From NCBI RefSeq assembly GCF_000007005.1, contig NC_002754.1: DNA of 64,000 nucleotides; one strand, written 5' to 3'. Made by a program: the position numbers and the translations under genes. This document shows, in pieces, positions 43,311-53,906 of the stretch. Numbering within the stretch: position 1 is the first letter of the stretch; each line of letters opens with the position of its first letter. The stretch comes from Saccharolobus solfataricus P2 (GTDB taxonomy: Archaea > Thermoproteota > Thermoprotei_A > Sulfolobales > Sulfolobaceae). The notes under the pieces were generated by a model that was given only the letters and a program-made list of their open reading frames with translations, searched no databases and was not told the origin of the DNA.

Positions 43311-43399
43311 GAAAGTCAACCTCCCAAGTTTACCACTATTAACTATTGGTTGGGCAGAGCTAAGATACTTGTTATCTCCAGCCAAGGTATATAGTTCCC

Positions 43400-43478
43400 T
43401 AGTGCTTTCAGAAAGTTTATAGCTTTAGGCAAAGGATATACCACTAGATCATAGTCTAAGAACTTTTCCAAAATACTA
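43400..43478. mobile_element. SM1-type MITE
   Basis: 79 bp; flanks CC/AC do not match, suggesting an adjacent deletion. Confidence 0.88.
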
Positions 43479-44160
43479 ACGTCAATTAAGAAAGTTCTAG
43501 CTAAGGTTGGCAGTAAGCCCGTAATGCGCGTCAATATAGGTTTTTCCTCAATCTATGTTACTCTATAAACGCTTGGACTGGCGAAGTAGTGGTTTCTCTT
43601 GCTAAAAGGCCTAACTCTGATAGTAGTTTTAGGAAATTCCCTTATCATAAAAAGTCAAAATATTTATCCATGTATTTATAAATATCTTTCATTGTACTTC
43701 TTAATATTATAGCTTATCAATAAACATTTCTCATCTAACCAGGAAAGATTCGTTATATATTTTTAACGTAACGTAAAAGTGTAACGATTTTCCTATAAAT
43801 GCTACTCTGAATCTGTTAAGTATTTCTTGAGGTACTTTAAGAGGCGTGTGGGTAGTGGTAGGGTTTACATGGTCATGGATAATTACTCTCCTCACAAGAC
43901 TAAGGGTACGCTTGAGGTTTGTTGCAGGAAGGGTATTCATCCCGTGTTTACTCCTCCTTACTCGCCTGAGCTTAATATGGCTGAGGCGGTCTTCAAGTCC
44001 CTCAAGAACTACATGAGCAATAAAATATTCTATACGATAGAAGACGTTAAAAACTGTATTAAACAGTTCTTTGAAGAAAATAAGTATAGATTTAATCTTA
44101 ATGCAATAACATACTTAGGATTAGATAAAATTGAGGTCTAAGAACTTTCTGGAAATACTA
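43479..44160 (+). mobile_element. 3' half of an IS630-family (ISC1048-like) element
   Basis: VMDNYSPH, PPYSPELNMAE; end AAGAACTTTCTGGAAATACTA resembles the SM1 end; interrupted by SM2. Confidence 0.82.
43621..43804. mobile_element. SM2-type MITE (184 bp)
   Basis: 6-bp TSD CTCTGA; copy of 396-579. Confidence 0.92.
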
Positions 44161-44284
44161 GTGGAGGAGCTCCTCAGATTCGTTGAAAATCATTTAGGTG
44201 GTGCACCGGATCTGATGAAAATGTTTAAGCTACGTTAAAGTAGAACAACTACTAATCAATCAAAAATCGCTATACCGTAAGGCT

Positions 44285-45400
44285 TTAGACTTTAAGCACT
44301 TTGTCAAAGTCGTATCCGTTAACTTTATATACATAAATTATAGACATACCAACGTACACTATCATCATTATGGGATTTCCTAATTTCATACCTATTTTAA
44401 GCAACTCATCGATTTTATTAATCCCCTTAACTTGCTGTATGTTTACTTTACTGGGTAAGGTTATATTATACCAACCCAAATTTTCAATTTCTTTCCTTAT
44501 TGTATCTAAATCTACCCCATCCTTTTCTATTCTATGATAGAGGTCCTTTATATTCTGTACAAACCTTACAGGTTTATCTACGGATGCTAGAAGAAATGGG
44601 AAATAGTTAACAGCCTTTTCTAAAGTCAGCTTTGTTCTCCTTAATAGCCAATGTGTATATCTCAACGCTATTAATAAATACTCCGTATTTGAGAACTGTG
44701 AAACCTCCCTAATCTCTAACCTGGTCTTTGATTTTAAAGTTAGGTTGCCCAATATCTTTTCTAAAAAGGTTAGTACGAAGTTCTCTCTTTCCTCATTTAA
44801 CTGAAGGACTCTAATCTCGTAGGGGTCTACTGAAATATCACCGAATTTTACTCCAAGCCTAGGCTTATTCTTTGTAAAGAAAAGGAAAGGGGCATAATAG
44901 CCCAGTTCATCCGAATAGGGTCTTATCGTAAGGTAGACCTTTATTCCTAAATATTCCGTTTCGAACTCCTTACCTGACACAGAATCAATTTTTTTAAATA
45001 CACTGAATATATCTGGAGTCTTGAAAGACCAAACGACAGGTAAGTTATCGTCGACCTCATCATTAGCCTCTTCCTCACTTCTCTTAATAACTTCCTTAAC
45101 TTTTTTCTCGATATTGGATTCTTTTACCTCTTCTAATAGTGCCTTTAGCCTGCCGTTATTAAAGTAGTCGTCGAACACTTTGTGGAATAAATAGGAAGCA
45201 TAGAATGCACCGTCCTTACGCTCCACTTCATCTAGCCCTTTTGTAACATCGCTGTATTTCTCATGGAGGGACTTCAAAGGTTCCACATCAAATGACTGAG
45301 AAATAACGTTAACTGCTGTAGCTAGATTGCTGAAAAATTTTTGCTGGTTCTTAACGTTTATTTCCCCATCAATTACAGTAGTGTAAACAATCATACTCAT
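44285..45400 (-). CDS. Hypothetical protein (371 aa)
   Basis: Long ORF with host-like composition; no motif recognised. Confidence 0.7.
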   Translation of the reverse strand: MSMIVYTTVIDGEINVKNQQKFFSNLATAVNVISQSFDVEPLKSLHEKYSDVTKGLDEVERKDGAFYASYLFHKVFDDYFNNGRLKALLEEVKESNIEKKVKEVIKRSEEEANDEVDDNLPVVWSFKTPDIFSVFKKIDSVSGKEFETEYLGIKVYLTIRPYSDELGYYAPFLFFTKNKPRLGVKFGDISVDPYEIRVLQLNEERENFVLTFLEKILGNLTLKSKTRLEIREVSQFSNTEYLLIALRYTHWLLRRTKLTLEKAVNYFPFLLASVDKPVRFVQNIKDLYHRIEKDGVDLDTIRKEIENLGWYNITLPSKVNIQQVKGINKIDELLKIGMKLGNPIMMIVYVGMSIIYVYKVNGYDFDKVLKV

Positions 45401-45607
45401 AGTTATACCTTCTGTAAAGGGGAAATTTAAGTATATATGAGACTGTTCTCAAGGTTTATTAAAGAGATAGTTCCTCACGTAGCTACAAACTCAAGTTACC
45501 TCTTCTATAGTTCAACTACGACGCAGAAATACCTCTATGACCTTATCGTACTTATATAAGCTCAGAGGTAATGGAGCTCTTTAAGCATAGGCTCTAAACT
45601 GTTTCGT

Positions 45608-46009
45608 CTATATGAGCTCAGAGATGACGTACTTTTTAGCTACGTCGTATTGTTTCTTATCCCCCGTTACCAATTTACTCCCCTTACATTCAGCCAGTGC
45701 AATATAAAGTGAATCATATACTGTGATTTTCTCGTTAACGGAAATCTCAATAGCTCTTTCAATTAAGTCAATGCTTTTGTTAACTGTAAGCAGTTGTGGT
45801 AAATACTCTTTAACAATAGTAATTGCCTTAATTACATCTTTCCCAGTTAATTCCCCAGTTAATACAGCTTTCTTCCATACTACGTTAGATACTTCCACTA
45901 ATGCGAAGTCTAATGTCTCAGCGTCTTTCAAAATCTCTCTAATCTTCTCCCATCCTTTCTCCTTAGTTACAAATTTAGCTAGGACAGATGCGTCAATTAT
46001 TATCCCTAT
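45608..46009 (-). CDS. vapC: PIN toxin VapC lacking a canonical start codon
   Basis: Open frame IGIIIDASVLAKF...LVEVSN...VYDSLYIALA...LVTGD; only ATA at the expected start. Confidence 0.75.
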   Translation of the reverse strand: MGIIIDASVLAKFVTKEKGWEKIREILKDAETLDFALVEVSNVVWKKAVLTGELTGKDVIKAITIVKEYLPQLLTVNKSIDLIERAIEISVNEKITVYDSLYIALAECKGSKLVTGDKKQYDVAKKYVISELI

Positions 46010-46214
46010 CTTCCCTCACCAAATCTGCACTATTTGACTTAGTTTCTGGCATTGTTTGGAGGATTTCATTAATCTTCTTTAAGATCTCCTCTTTCTTCAA
46101 TTCCTCAATTCTCTTTCTTATAAAGCTCTCTATCTCCTCATTCCACTTGACGTTATATTTCTCCATCTCCTCACGTAATTCCTTATCTAACCTTAAACTG
46201 TATACGGTTTTCAT
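45993..46214 (-). CDS. vapB: RHH-type antitoxin VapB
   Basis: MKTVYSLRLDKELREEM...WNEEIESFI; overlaps vapC. Confidence 0.82.
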   Translation of the reverse strand: MKTVYSLRLDKELREEMEKYNVKWNEEIESFIRKRIEELKKEEILKKINEILQTMPETKSNSADLVREDRDNN

Positions 46215-46374
46215 ATTATAATACACGTATACGGGAAATATAAACGTTTCTATCTCTGGTACATAGATTAAAATTGTAGCATTCTTTATTACCATCTGAT
46301 AAATCTAATCATAAGTTGAAAATAAATTTTTACTTTATTATATTAAAACAAAATTGTTATCCACACTCAGACAC

Positions 46375-46475
46375 AGTTTGCCAAAGTAGACTTACCAGAT
46401 CGTATAGGAACAAAGATTCTCTCCCCTATTGACACTTCTTCAGCTAAGCCAATGAAAAATGGGTCTATATCGGTA
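46375..46475 (-). pseudogene. Micro-deleted relic of the second P-loop region of the 1039-aa gene
   Basis: Matches 52775-52885 with several short deletions. Confidence 0.75.
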
Positions 46476-46499
46476 ACTGCTGAAGGACTCACCTTTTAC

Positions 46500-46669
46500 G
46501 GTAGACCCAAAAAATCATCTCCTTAAAGATAACATGATGTTCAAACACATAATACTAGCTTCCTCACCTTTAATTCTTATTATGCAATTTACTCTATTAT
46601 CCTCTTTAGCTGACAAGTATTATTCTAGGAAAATGATTTTGGGTCATTAGTGAGGACGAAGTAGTCTAC
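46500..46669. mobile_element. Internally deleted ISC1225-type element within an IS605-like right end
   Basis: CGGTAGACCCAAAAAATCA...ATGATTTTGGGTC, then GTGAGGACGAAGTAGTCTAC. Confidence 0.65.
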
Positions 46670-46772
46670 CTAGTAAGACTTTCAATTAAAGACTTATTCA
46701 TAGCGGTTAATCAAGTTGCTAAGGAAGAAGTTAAAGTAAGGTTAATTAAGGACTCCTCTATACATAAAAATC

Positions 46773-47453
46773 GTGAGATTCCTATTAGTTAGTGATATTC
46801 ACAAATCTTTTAACTTTTTTAGAGGACACGATGAGTCAGTTGCAGTGGACTGGTTATTAGAAGTTATAAGTGAGACTGAACCCGAGGTACTTATTTCAGC
46901 AGGGGATTGGGATGAAGGAATGACACTGGAGGACTTTAGGAGAATAAGTTCTAAAGTTAAGCTATTAACTATTTATGGTAATCATGAGAATTTCCCAGTA
47001 ATAATGAATTATGCTATGCCTAATAGTAAAGTTTTCGATATTTGTGGTTTAAAAATTGCTGGAATAAATGGGCTTATTGGTGAAAGAAGTTCAAAAGGAG
47101 TACCTTTAACTAAGCCTACAGAATTTATGAATGCAATTTATAAGATAAAAAATTCTGGAATAAAAGTAGATATTTTGATAGCTCATCAACCTCCATATAT
47201 CCCTGAAATATACCCTAAAATGAAAAAAGATGAATATAACGAATTAATGTTTGATGCAGTGGAATATTTAAAACCTAGATTATTCTTTAATGGGCACATG
47301 ACAGCAGGTTGTTATTCATATTACCAATTCCCTTCAGGGACATAATATCTTAGAGTTGATAGTTCTCAAACTTATAAATGTTATGGAATATTAGAAAACG
47401 ATAAAATTACAGTATATGAGGATGGTGAGGAGGTATTTTCTTTCAATCTTTAA
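46773..47453 (+). pseudogene. Calcineurin-like metallophosphoesterase with a premature TAA at 47343
   Basis: SDIH, AGDWD, YGNHE, AHQPP, FNGH; frame continues 35 codons to a stop at 47451-47453. Confidence 0.75.
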
Positions 47454-47586
47454 GTTTGTTATCTTGATTATCTTTAGTCTTTTACAAAAGAATAAGAAAA
47501 TCCCACTTGAAAGGGGTAGAGTATGTTAGAGAACTTGATATAATTTTGATATTTGATATCGAATAAGATGACTTTATGAGAACACT

Positions 47587-48518
47587 CTCAGATTATCGGT
47601 TCTTTTAGTAATATTTCTAGAATTTCACTTTAAGTGATTAATTTTTTATATATTTGGTTGGTAGTAGGTTTTACTAATATATAAAATTTTATAAAAAATA
47701 ATATTTTTGCCACTTTTTTCTATTTAGATATATTCTAATAACTGAATGGCATTTTACGTATTTTTCCTTCTCTTAAACAGTTTCTTAATCCCACCCAAAG
47801 ACTGATAAATATTTTTTATCAACCTTGATATCCTCTTGGCACCTAACTTCAAACCAAGGGAGTACTTGAACGAGAGGACCAAGAGAGGACCTTCAAGGTC
47901 ACAAAACCCTTATTCCTAACCCAAGTGAGGAAAGAACCCTTATCCAACCCCAACGCCTTTAACTCCCTAATCAAAACCCCAACAACGACTCTCCCATGAA
48001 GTTATTATGTCCTCTGAAGTATCATTTACATTAGTAGAGAAGAAGTACCTCTTACCCAAACCCTTATAATCATCTACTACAAGTAACTTTATGGGAACAC
48101 CTAGATACTCAACTAGGTATTCCCCTTGGGGGAACTCGCCAACGGGCACGGATCTACCACCCTCGTTGACCCGCGCGTTGGACTTGAGTTCCCCCACAGT
48201 ATCCTTTAAGAGAGCTTTGGAATTAACGTATCAAGAATCAAAAACCTTGCATACAACACTAAACTCCTTCTCGAGCATTGGCAAAGTTTCCAAGTATTCT
48301 TGTATTTTGGTCTTAAACTCAACTTCCTCTCCCTTAACACCTCAACAACCTTTTGTGGTATATACGGTATTATTGTTACTACGTAGGCCTCGTTTGCCCT
48401 CAAGTCTTTTACTGTAGTAAGAGTTGTATTGCCGGAATTTTATCCACACGATAATTTATTTGGTTAATTTTTAAAAGTTTTTAAGGTCTCCTCAAACTGC
48501 AAGGATTTTCCGATAAAT
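47587..48518 (-). mobile_element. Decayed ISH3/IS4-type (ISC1359-like) element
   Basis: Fragments RYFFSTN...SWESR(WDIE); approximate inverted ends around TTATCGG. Confidence 0.7.
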
Positions 48519-48650
48519 GCTATTTAAAGATTGTTACGAATTTAACTGAATGAAGGCGACTAACTAGCAGAGACACACAAATAACAATGTTAACATTTTT
48601 ACAACCACATTACTTACAAATTACAATTCGCAAAAGACACTTGAATCGCC
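48519..48650. mobile_element. Truncated SM4-like MITE
   Basis: Homologous to 12860-12995. Confidence 0.65.
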
Positions 48651-48711
48651 GGTGCTAACAGTTTCCGTTAAACCGTGAAATTTATATACTTTGTATGAAT
48701 ATTTAATTATA

Positions 48712-49292
48712 ATGTTAAAGCCATAAGGAAGTATGCCAAAGACTGGGAATATCCTACCGCACACTACAGAACTACGTAAAGAAAGGATACATAAAACCAA
48801 TTATACTACAGAGCGGAAAACAAAGATTCAGAGAAGAAGACATAGAGAGACTAATGGGAATTATTAGAAAAAGAAAAGTAATATTATACGCAAGAGTACC
48901 ATCTTCCACACAAAAAGACGAACTAGTAAACCAAGTAAAATATCTAGAGGAACAAGTCAAAGAATATGATCAAGTAATTAGTGACATAGGTTCCGGGTTA
49001 AACATGAAGAGAAAGGGGTTCTTGAAGCTGTTGAGAATGATATTAAACAACGAAGTATCACGCGTAGTTGTTGCCTACCCAGACAGACTTGTTAGGCTTC
49101 GAAATCTTAGAGGAAGTGTGCAAAGCACACAACTGCGAAATAGTAGTACTAAACCAGAAGGACAAAACACCAGAACAGGAGATGATTGAAGACCTAATCT
49201 CCATTCTGTTCTCATTCAGCGGAAAACTGTATGGCATGAGAAGTCACAAGTACGAAAAGGTGAAGAAATGTGTTGAAGAACTTAAGAATTAG
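48712..49292 (+). pseudogene. tnpA: IS607 serine recombinase TnpA, frameshifted
   Basis: ILYARVPSSTQK, DIGSGLNMKRKG, PDRLVR spread over three frames. Confidence 0.85.
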
Positions 49293-50472
49293 AAAATTTG
49301 AACCGGAAGAGAAATACGCATACTTCACGTACTCCATCAAGAACGACAAGAGGGAGAAGAGCAAAGAATTAATTAAAGAATACAGAACACTACTACAGAA
49401 AGCAATTGACTACTTGTGGAATTTAACGAAAATACAAGTAAGAAAGAACGGTAATTACAAGATAACACTACCGAAGAAGAGGGAGGTGTATAAACCACTT
49501 AGGGAAGAGTTGGAGAAGATCAATCACCTCGCGTCACACTACGTCGATAAGGCAATTAATGACGCATTCTCGATCTTGAAGTCGTGGAGGAAAAGGGCCA
49601 TAAAGGGGAGGGCATCAATTGGAAAACCAAGGGTGAAGAAGGCTTACGTTAGGATAAAGACGACTCTGAGGAAGGTTGTTGGGGAAAGCGTTAGAATAAC
49701 GGTAAGACCTTATGAGTACATCACCTTCTCGTGGAGTAAGTCATGGTTCTCAAGAAGGGTTAGGGAGTTGGAACTTGGTGAACCTGTAATTAAGGAGGAG
49801 AAAGTGTATTTGTCATTTCGTTACAAGTTACCTTGGGCAACACCAGTGAACTTCCTGGCCATTGACTCCAACCTTTATACTCTAGATGCTTATGATGGTG
49901 AGAAATTCGTTACAATCTCTCTGAAGCAGTTGTACTCCCTTAAGTACTCCATGGAGGTGAAGAGGGCTAAGGTGCAATCGTTTGCATCTAAGCACACGAA
50001 GAGGGGGAGAGAGTTGTTAAGGAAGTATTCACATAGGGAGAGGAATCGCGTTTTAGATTTTGTTCACAAGTTTGTAAATGCGTTACTGGACTTGTACCCC
50101 ATGACGTTTTTTGCTGTTGAAAAGCTTGATAAGGAGGGTATGTTTGTAGATGCTAATGAGTCTCTTTCGAGGAAGATTTCTTTAACGGTTTGGGGGAGTA
50201 TACACAGAGTGTTGAGGTATAAGGCTCCGCTTTACGGCTCCTTCGTGAAGGAAGTGAACCCACGCTTTACATCTAGGTCTTGCCCCAGATGTGGGTTTGT
50301 ATCCCGAAAGGTTGGTAAGACCTTTGAGTGTGAGAGGTGTGGGTTCAAGTTGGATAGGCAATTGAATGCTTCTCTAAACATATACCTCAAGATGTGCGGA
50401 TTCCCTCACATCCGTGAGGGTGGGGTTAGGGGTTATTCCGCTAATGGGGCGGAGAGGGATGAACGTCCGTGA
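49270..50472 (+). CDS. tnpB: TnpB (IS607 type)
   Basis: AIDSN, AVEKL, CPRCG...CERCG, LDRQLNASLNI. Confidence 0.9.
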   Translation: MLKNLRIRKFEPEEKYAYFTYSIKNDKREKSKELIKEYRTLLQKAIDYLWNLTKIQVRKNGNYKITLPKKREVYKPLREELEKINHLASHYVDKAINDAFSILKSWRKRAIKGRASIGKPRVKKAYVRIKTTLRKVVGESVRITVRPYEYITFSWSKSWFSRRVRELELGEPVIKEEKVYLSFRYKLPWATPVNFLAIDSNLYTLDAYDGEKFVTISLKQLYSLKYSMEVKRAKVQSFASKHTKRGRELLRKYSHRERNRVLDFVHKFVNALLDLYPMTFFAVEKLDKEGMFVDANESLSRKISLTVWGSIHRVLRYKAPLYGSFVKEVNPRFTSRSCPRCGFVSRKVGKTFECERCGFKLDRQLNASLNIYLKMCGFPHIREGGVRGYSANGAERDERP

Positions 50473-50554
50473 CTTTGGTGAAGCCCAAGGGCTGAGGATT
50501 GGATACAAATTCATGAAAATTCAATGAAGCCCAAACCCCTCTTCCCTATTTTAC

Positions 50555-53500
50555 TCATATAAAAAGTATAAGCGATGCGATGAACTTGTTTCTGTTTTCC
50601 TTAGCGTAAATTTTATCAAATATTTTATTTGTTACAAGCATCGGTATCCCTATTGTTTCGTTTTCTAAGTAGTCGTCTAACTCTGTCATCTCTATTCCTT
50701 TCCCTTTCAAGTAAAAGTAGGCTTTAAGAACTGGTATTAAGTACTCCTTTGTTAATAGCCTTGGTAGTACGCGTTCTATATCCGTAATAGGTCTACGTCC
50801 TATTCGTCTACTCTCAACTTCCTTAAAGAATTCCTCCTTTTCCTTCTCACCACCCATTAACGCCAAGGCTGCTTTGTAAAGAATCAATTTTCGCGACATG
50901 GGGATAGTTTCCTCAACCTCCTTATATAATAACAACTTAGATATGAGATATGCTAACCTTATGTTCTCTCTTATTGACCTATCATTTATTATATTAGCCT
51001 TAGACTGCAATTCCATAATATCCTGCAGTACTGTCTTATATTCATACCTTGATGCGAGAAGTGCACTGGCTAGTCTCACCTTATATATATCGAATAACAT
51101 TTTCGTTATTTCTTCCGTATTTTTCCCTTCTTTGCTAATAATTGCGTATCTACTATTAATGATCATATTTACATACTCTAAAGCTTTCTCAAAATCGCTC
51201 TTTTTGCCATAACTGTAAAACGTTGAAATGCCAGCCTTTATCCCGCAAAATCCGACAAGGTCGTTTATATATTTTAATATTAGATCTCTCCTATCCCACC
51301 ACATAGAAAATGCAACGTCGAATATAGTAGAAAGGATTTTATCGCTAATACTTCTTTGGGATTTGGTAAATTTTTCATATAGAATCTCTATATATTGATA
51401 GGAACGGCTAAATAAATCGATTTTCTGAATCTCTGAATATAATTTCTCTATATAGAGGAAGGTGATTAAAGAAGCATAGATGTCCACCGGGTCTCCTATT
51501 TTTTCAATCGGCAAGTCCTCAGCTAAAATCTCATATGGTATAAGTATCGGCTTTACTCCTAATTTGGCATAGTCCGAAATTTCAGCAATCCTTTCCAAAT
51601 GTTCCTTATTAATATAAGCTATACTGTAACGGACAAAGTGCATAAAAGTTATTTTCAGATAGTCGCGTATAAGTTCCTCATCTCTAGTCGTCAGTGCAGT
51701 GCTGTATATCTTGTTTTCGAATTTAGAGTATGTGAAAATATCACTGAAATACGTTTCGAACAGTTTAAGCACCCTAAACGCTCTCCTCAAACACTCTATA
51801 TCAGCACCTTTTGAAGACAATATCCGGTAAATAGAAGCGTAATAATCTATACTTAAGCGGTAAGAGGTTAATTTTTCCTCCTTTAATTTTTCTGGTAGTA
51901 GGAGAAAGCCGGCTATAGTAATTTTATCTTTTTTCTTATCAAATTCATCCTCAATTTTCTTTAAAGAGTTGCACACTTCAGGCAGTCTTCTGTCCAAATC
52001 AAGATCCAATTTATCCACTATATCCGGCTTATAGAGTAGTTTCTCTACAATAGGAGAATATCTACCTTGTGCAGTAGCTATAAAACCATTTAAATTGGCG
52101 ATAGCGACCTTAAAGGCCATTAGATTGTGAAAAAATACTTTCAATAAGTCATCTTCGAGCTTCTTCTCCTTAACCTCTTTGATGAGCTCATCCCTAACTT
52201 TTCGAAGAACCTCATTCTCCTTAGCTTTTATTTCCTTGTTTTCCTCTATTTTATAACCCATAAAATCGAATGCAGAGAACCATTTAACAAAGGTCTCGTC
52301 TATTTGCCTATTAAAGTACTTAAGTATTATCTCACTTACCCTTGGAGGAAAAGGCAAATATCTCTTGCCTAGAACTAGAAGAGGGAGGTAATTATCTATC
52401 AGTTCTTTATTGTTTCCGAAAATTGTGTTTATAATATATTTAGTCATATCTGACTTATATTCATCAATAATTTGGTCATCACTCATATTGTACTTTAATT
52501 TATAGAGACTATAGTAATAACGAGGTATCTCATAGGTGCCGACCCTTATATATTTGTTTTCCTTTAAATATTGATACTTGATGAAGTCATTAATATAAGT
52601 ATTTAAGTTTATTACTTTACAGGTTAAAGGTAGGGAAATGTAAATATCTTCTGTTAGGACTGCAATAAACCTTTTACTTTCCGAAGATAGTTTCTGCTTC
52701 AGTCCAAGTAAGTCATAATTATTATAGTCTACAACCTCAATATTCCCTAAATTAGCCATCGAGTAAACGTAGTTTGCTAAAGTAGACTTACCAGATCGTA
52801 TAGGACCAACAATACAAAGATTCTCTCCGCTAAGGAGTATTGACACTCCTTCTTCAGCTAAGCCAACGAAAAAGGGGTCTATATCAGAAATGTTTACCTT
52901 ATCTCCCATGGGTTTTATCTCTTTCTGATTAATCATTCTCTCTGCAGAACCAGGCAAAAGCTTGAGAACAGAATCGAGTCTGTAATATACCAACTCCTTC
53001 CAAGTTTCGCTTAACTCATCCCACGCAGTCTTAAAATCTATATCCCTCGGTACAACTTGTTGCAAGGCAAATATAACACTATCCTCCCCGCTTACATCTC
53101 CCTTAGGAAAAGAATAATACAACCTCTTTAACCCTAAGACAAACTCCAGTGTTTTGTCCAGCTTACCTTGGTTATATAGCTCAATGCCCTCGTTAACTAG
53201 CTTGGGTATAACAGTATAATAATTAGGCACGGCAACAGTGGAATACATCAAAATTTTTGAAACAGCTTTATCGTCCCTTATACCGCTATTATATATCTTT
53301 TTAATTGCATCTAAACTTTTCATGCTAACTACCTTTCCCGTTAAATCCAAGTTCAAGGACTGAAGGGATGGCGTATCAGCTATAGAAACCTTACCTAATA
53401 AAAGTTCTATTACATAACTTCTCCCTTCTATAATAGCCTTTTCCACTCCTTTAACCTTTTCCTTCCATTGGTTTAACTCCTCAATACTGACAAACTTCTT

Positions 53501-53656
53501 AGGTAGTTCGATAAATTGTATTCCGTTCTCTTCGCAATAACCCTCACAAGCCTTTTTTATCATCGTAGTCTTACCACTAAAGGGGAGACCTCCAATCAAT
53601 GCCTTATTTCTCCTAATCAATCTTCTGATCTCACTGACTTTGAGAATTTCCCTCAT
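50555..53656 (-). CDS. Large protein with two P-loop NTPase motifs and a long helical C-terminus
   Basis: GLPFSGKT and GPIRSGKS; likely start MREILK at 53656. Confidence 0.8.
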   Translation of the reverse strand: MREILKVSEIRRLIRRNKALIGGLPFSGKTTMIKKACEGYCEENGIQFIELPKKFVSIEELNQWKEKVKGVEKAIIEGRSYVIELLLGKVSIADTPSLQSLNLDLTGKVVSMKSLDAIKKIYNSGIRDDKAVSKILMYSTVAVPNYYTVIPKLVNEGIELYNQGKLDKTLEFVLGLKRLYYSFPKGDVSGEDSVIFALQQVVPRDIDFKTAWDELSETWKELVYYRLDSVLKLLPGSAERMINQKEIKPMGDKVNISDIDPFFVGLAEEGVSILLSGENLCIVGPIRSGKSTLANYVYSMANLGNIEVVDYNNYDLLGLKQKLSSESKRFIAVLTEDIYISLPLTCKVINLNTYINDFIKYQYLKENKYIRVGTYEIPRYYYSLYKLKYNMSDDQIIDEYKSDMTKYIINTIFGNNKELIDNYLPLLVLGKRYLPFPPRVSEIILKYFNRQIDETFVKWFSAFDFMGYKIEENKEIKAKENEVLRKVRDELIKEVKEKKLEDDLLKVFFHNLMAFKVAIANLNGFIATAQGRYSPIVEKLLYKPDIVDKLDLDLDRRLPEVCNSLKKIEDEFDKKKDKITIAGFLLLPEKLKEEKLTSYRLSIDYYASIYRILSSKGADIECLRRAFRVLKLFETYFSDIFTYSKFENKIYSTALTTRDEELIRDYLKITFMHFVRYSIAYINKEHLERIAEISDYAKLGVKPILIPYEILAEDLPIEKIGDPVDIYASLITFLYIEKLYSEIQKIDLFSRSYQYIEILYEKFTKSQRSISDKILSTIFDVAFSMWWDRRDLILKYINDLVGFCGIKAGISTFYSYGKKSDFEKALEYVNMIINSRYAIISKEGKNTEEITKMLFDIYKVRLASALLASRYEYKTVLQDIMELQSKANIINDRSIRENIRLAYLISKLLLYKEVEETIPMSRKLILYKAALALMGGEKEKEEFFKEVESRRIGRRPITDIERVLPRLLTKEYLIPVLKAYFYLKGKGIEMTELDDYLENETIGIPMLVTNKIFDKIYAKENRNKFIASLILFI

Positions 53657-53906
53657 GTTATAATAAAGTGTCAAAAATAGATTTTAACTATAACTGTTGG
53701 AATCCTAGAATGTTCTTTGATTCAACTCAACGATGTATAATTTCTCCATAAACGTTTATATTTCAGTGTTATCCACATTTTATGAACTGGTATCGAATTC
53801 ATTTGAAATTCAAACCTCTATAAGGAATAGCCTCAACGCGAACCCCCTAAAGTTGTTACTTTCGCTGATCTCTATACTTATATAGCAGTTTTTCGAACTT
53901 ATATTC

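Larger units (their letters stand above)
48672..50552 (+). mobile_element. IS607-family element (ISC1904-like)
   Basis: Serine recombinase plus tnpB; ends approximate. Confidence 0.85.

Noticed and set aside
43343-43534. 63-aa ORF
   Set aside because: Reads through an SM1 MITE and transposase debris
43731-43940. 69-aa ORF, and similar antisense ORFs within IS elements (e.g. 36680-37280, 40155-40664, 61170-61561)
   Set aside because: Shadows of transposase genes or MITEs
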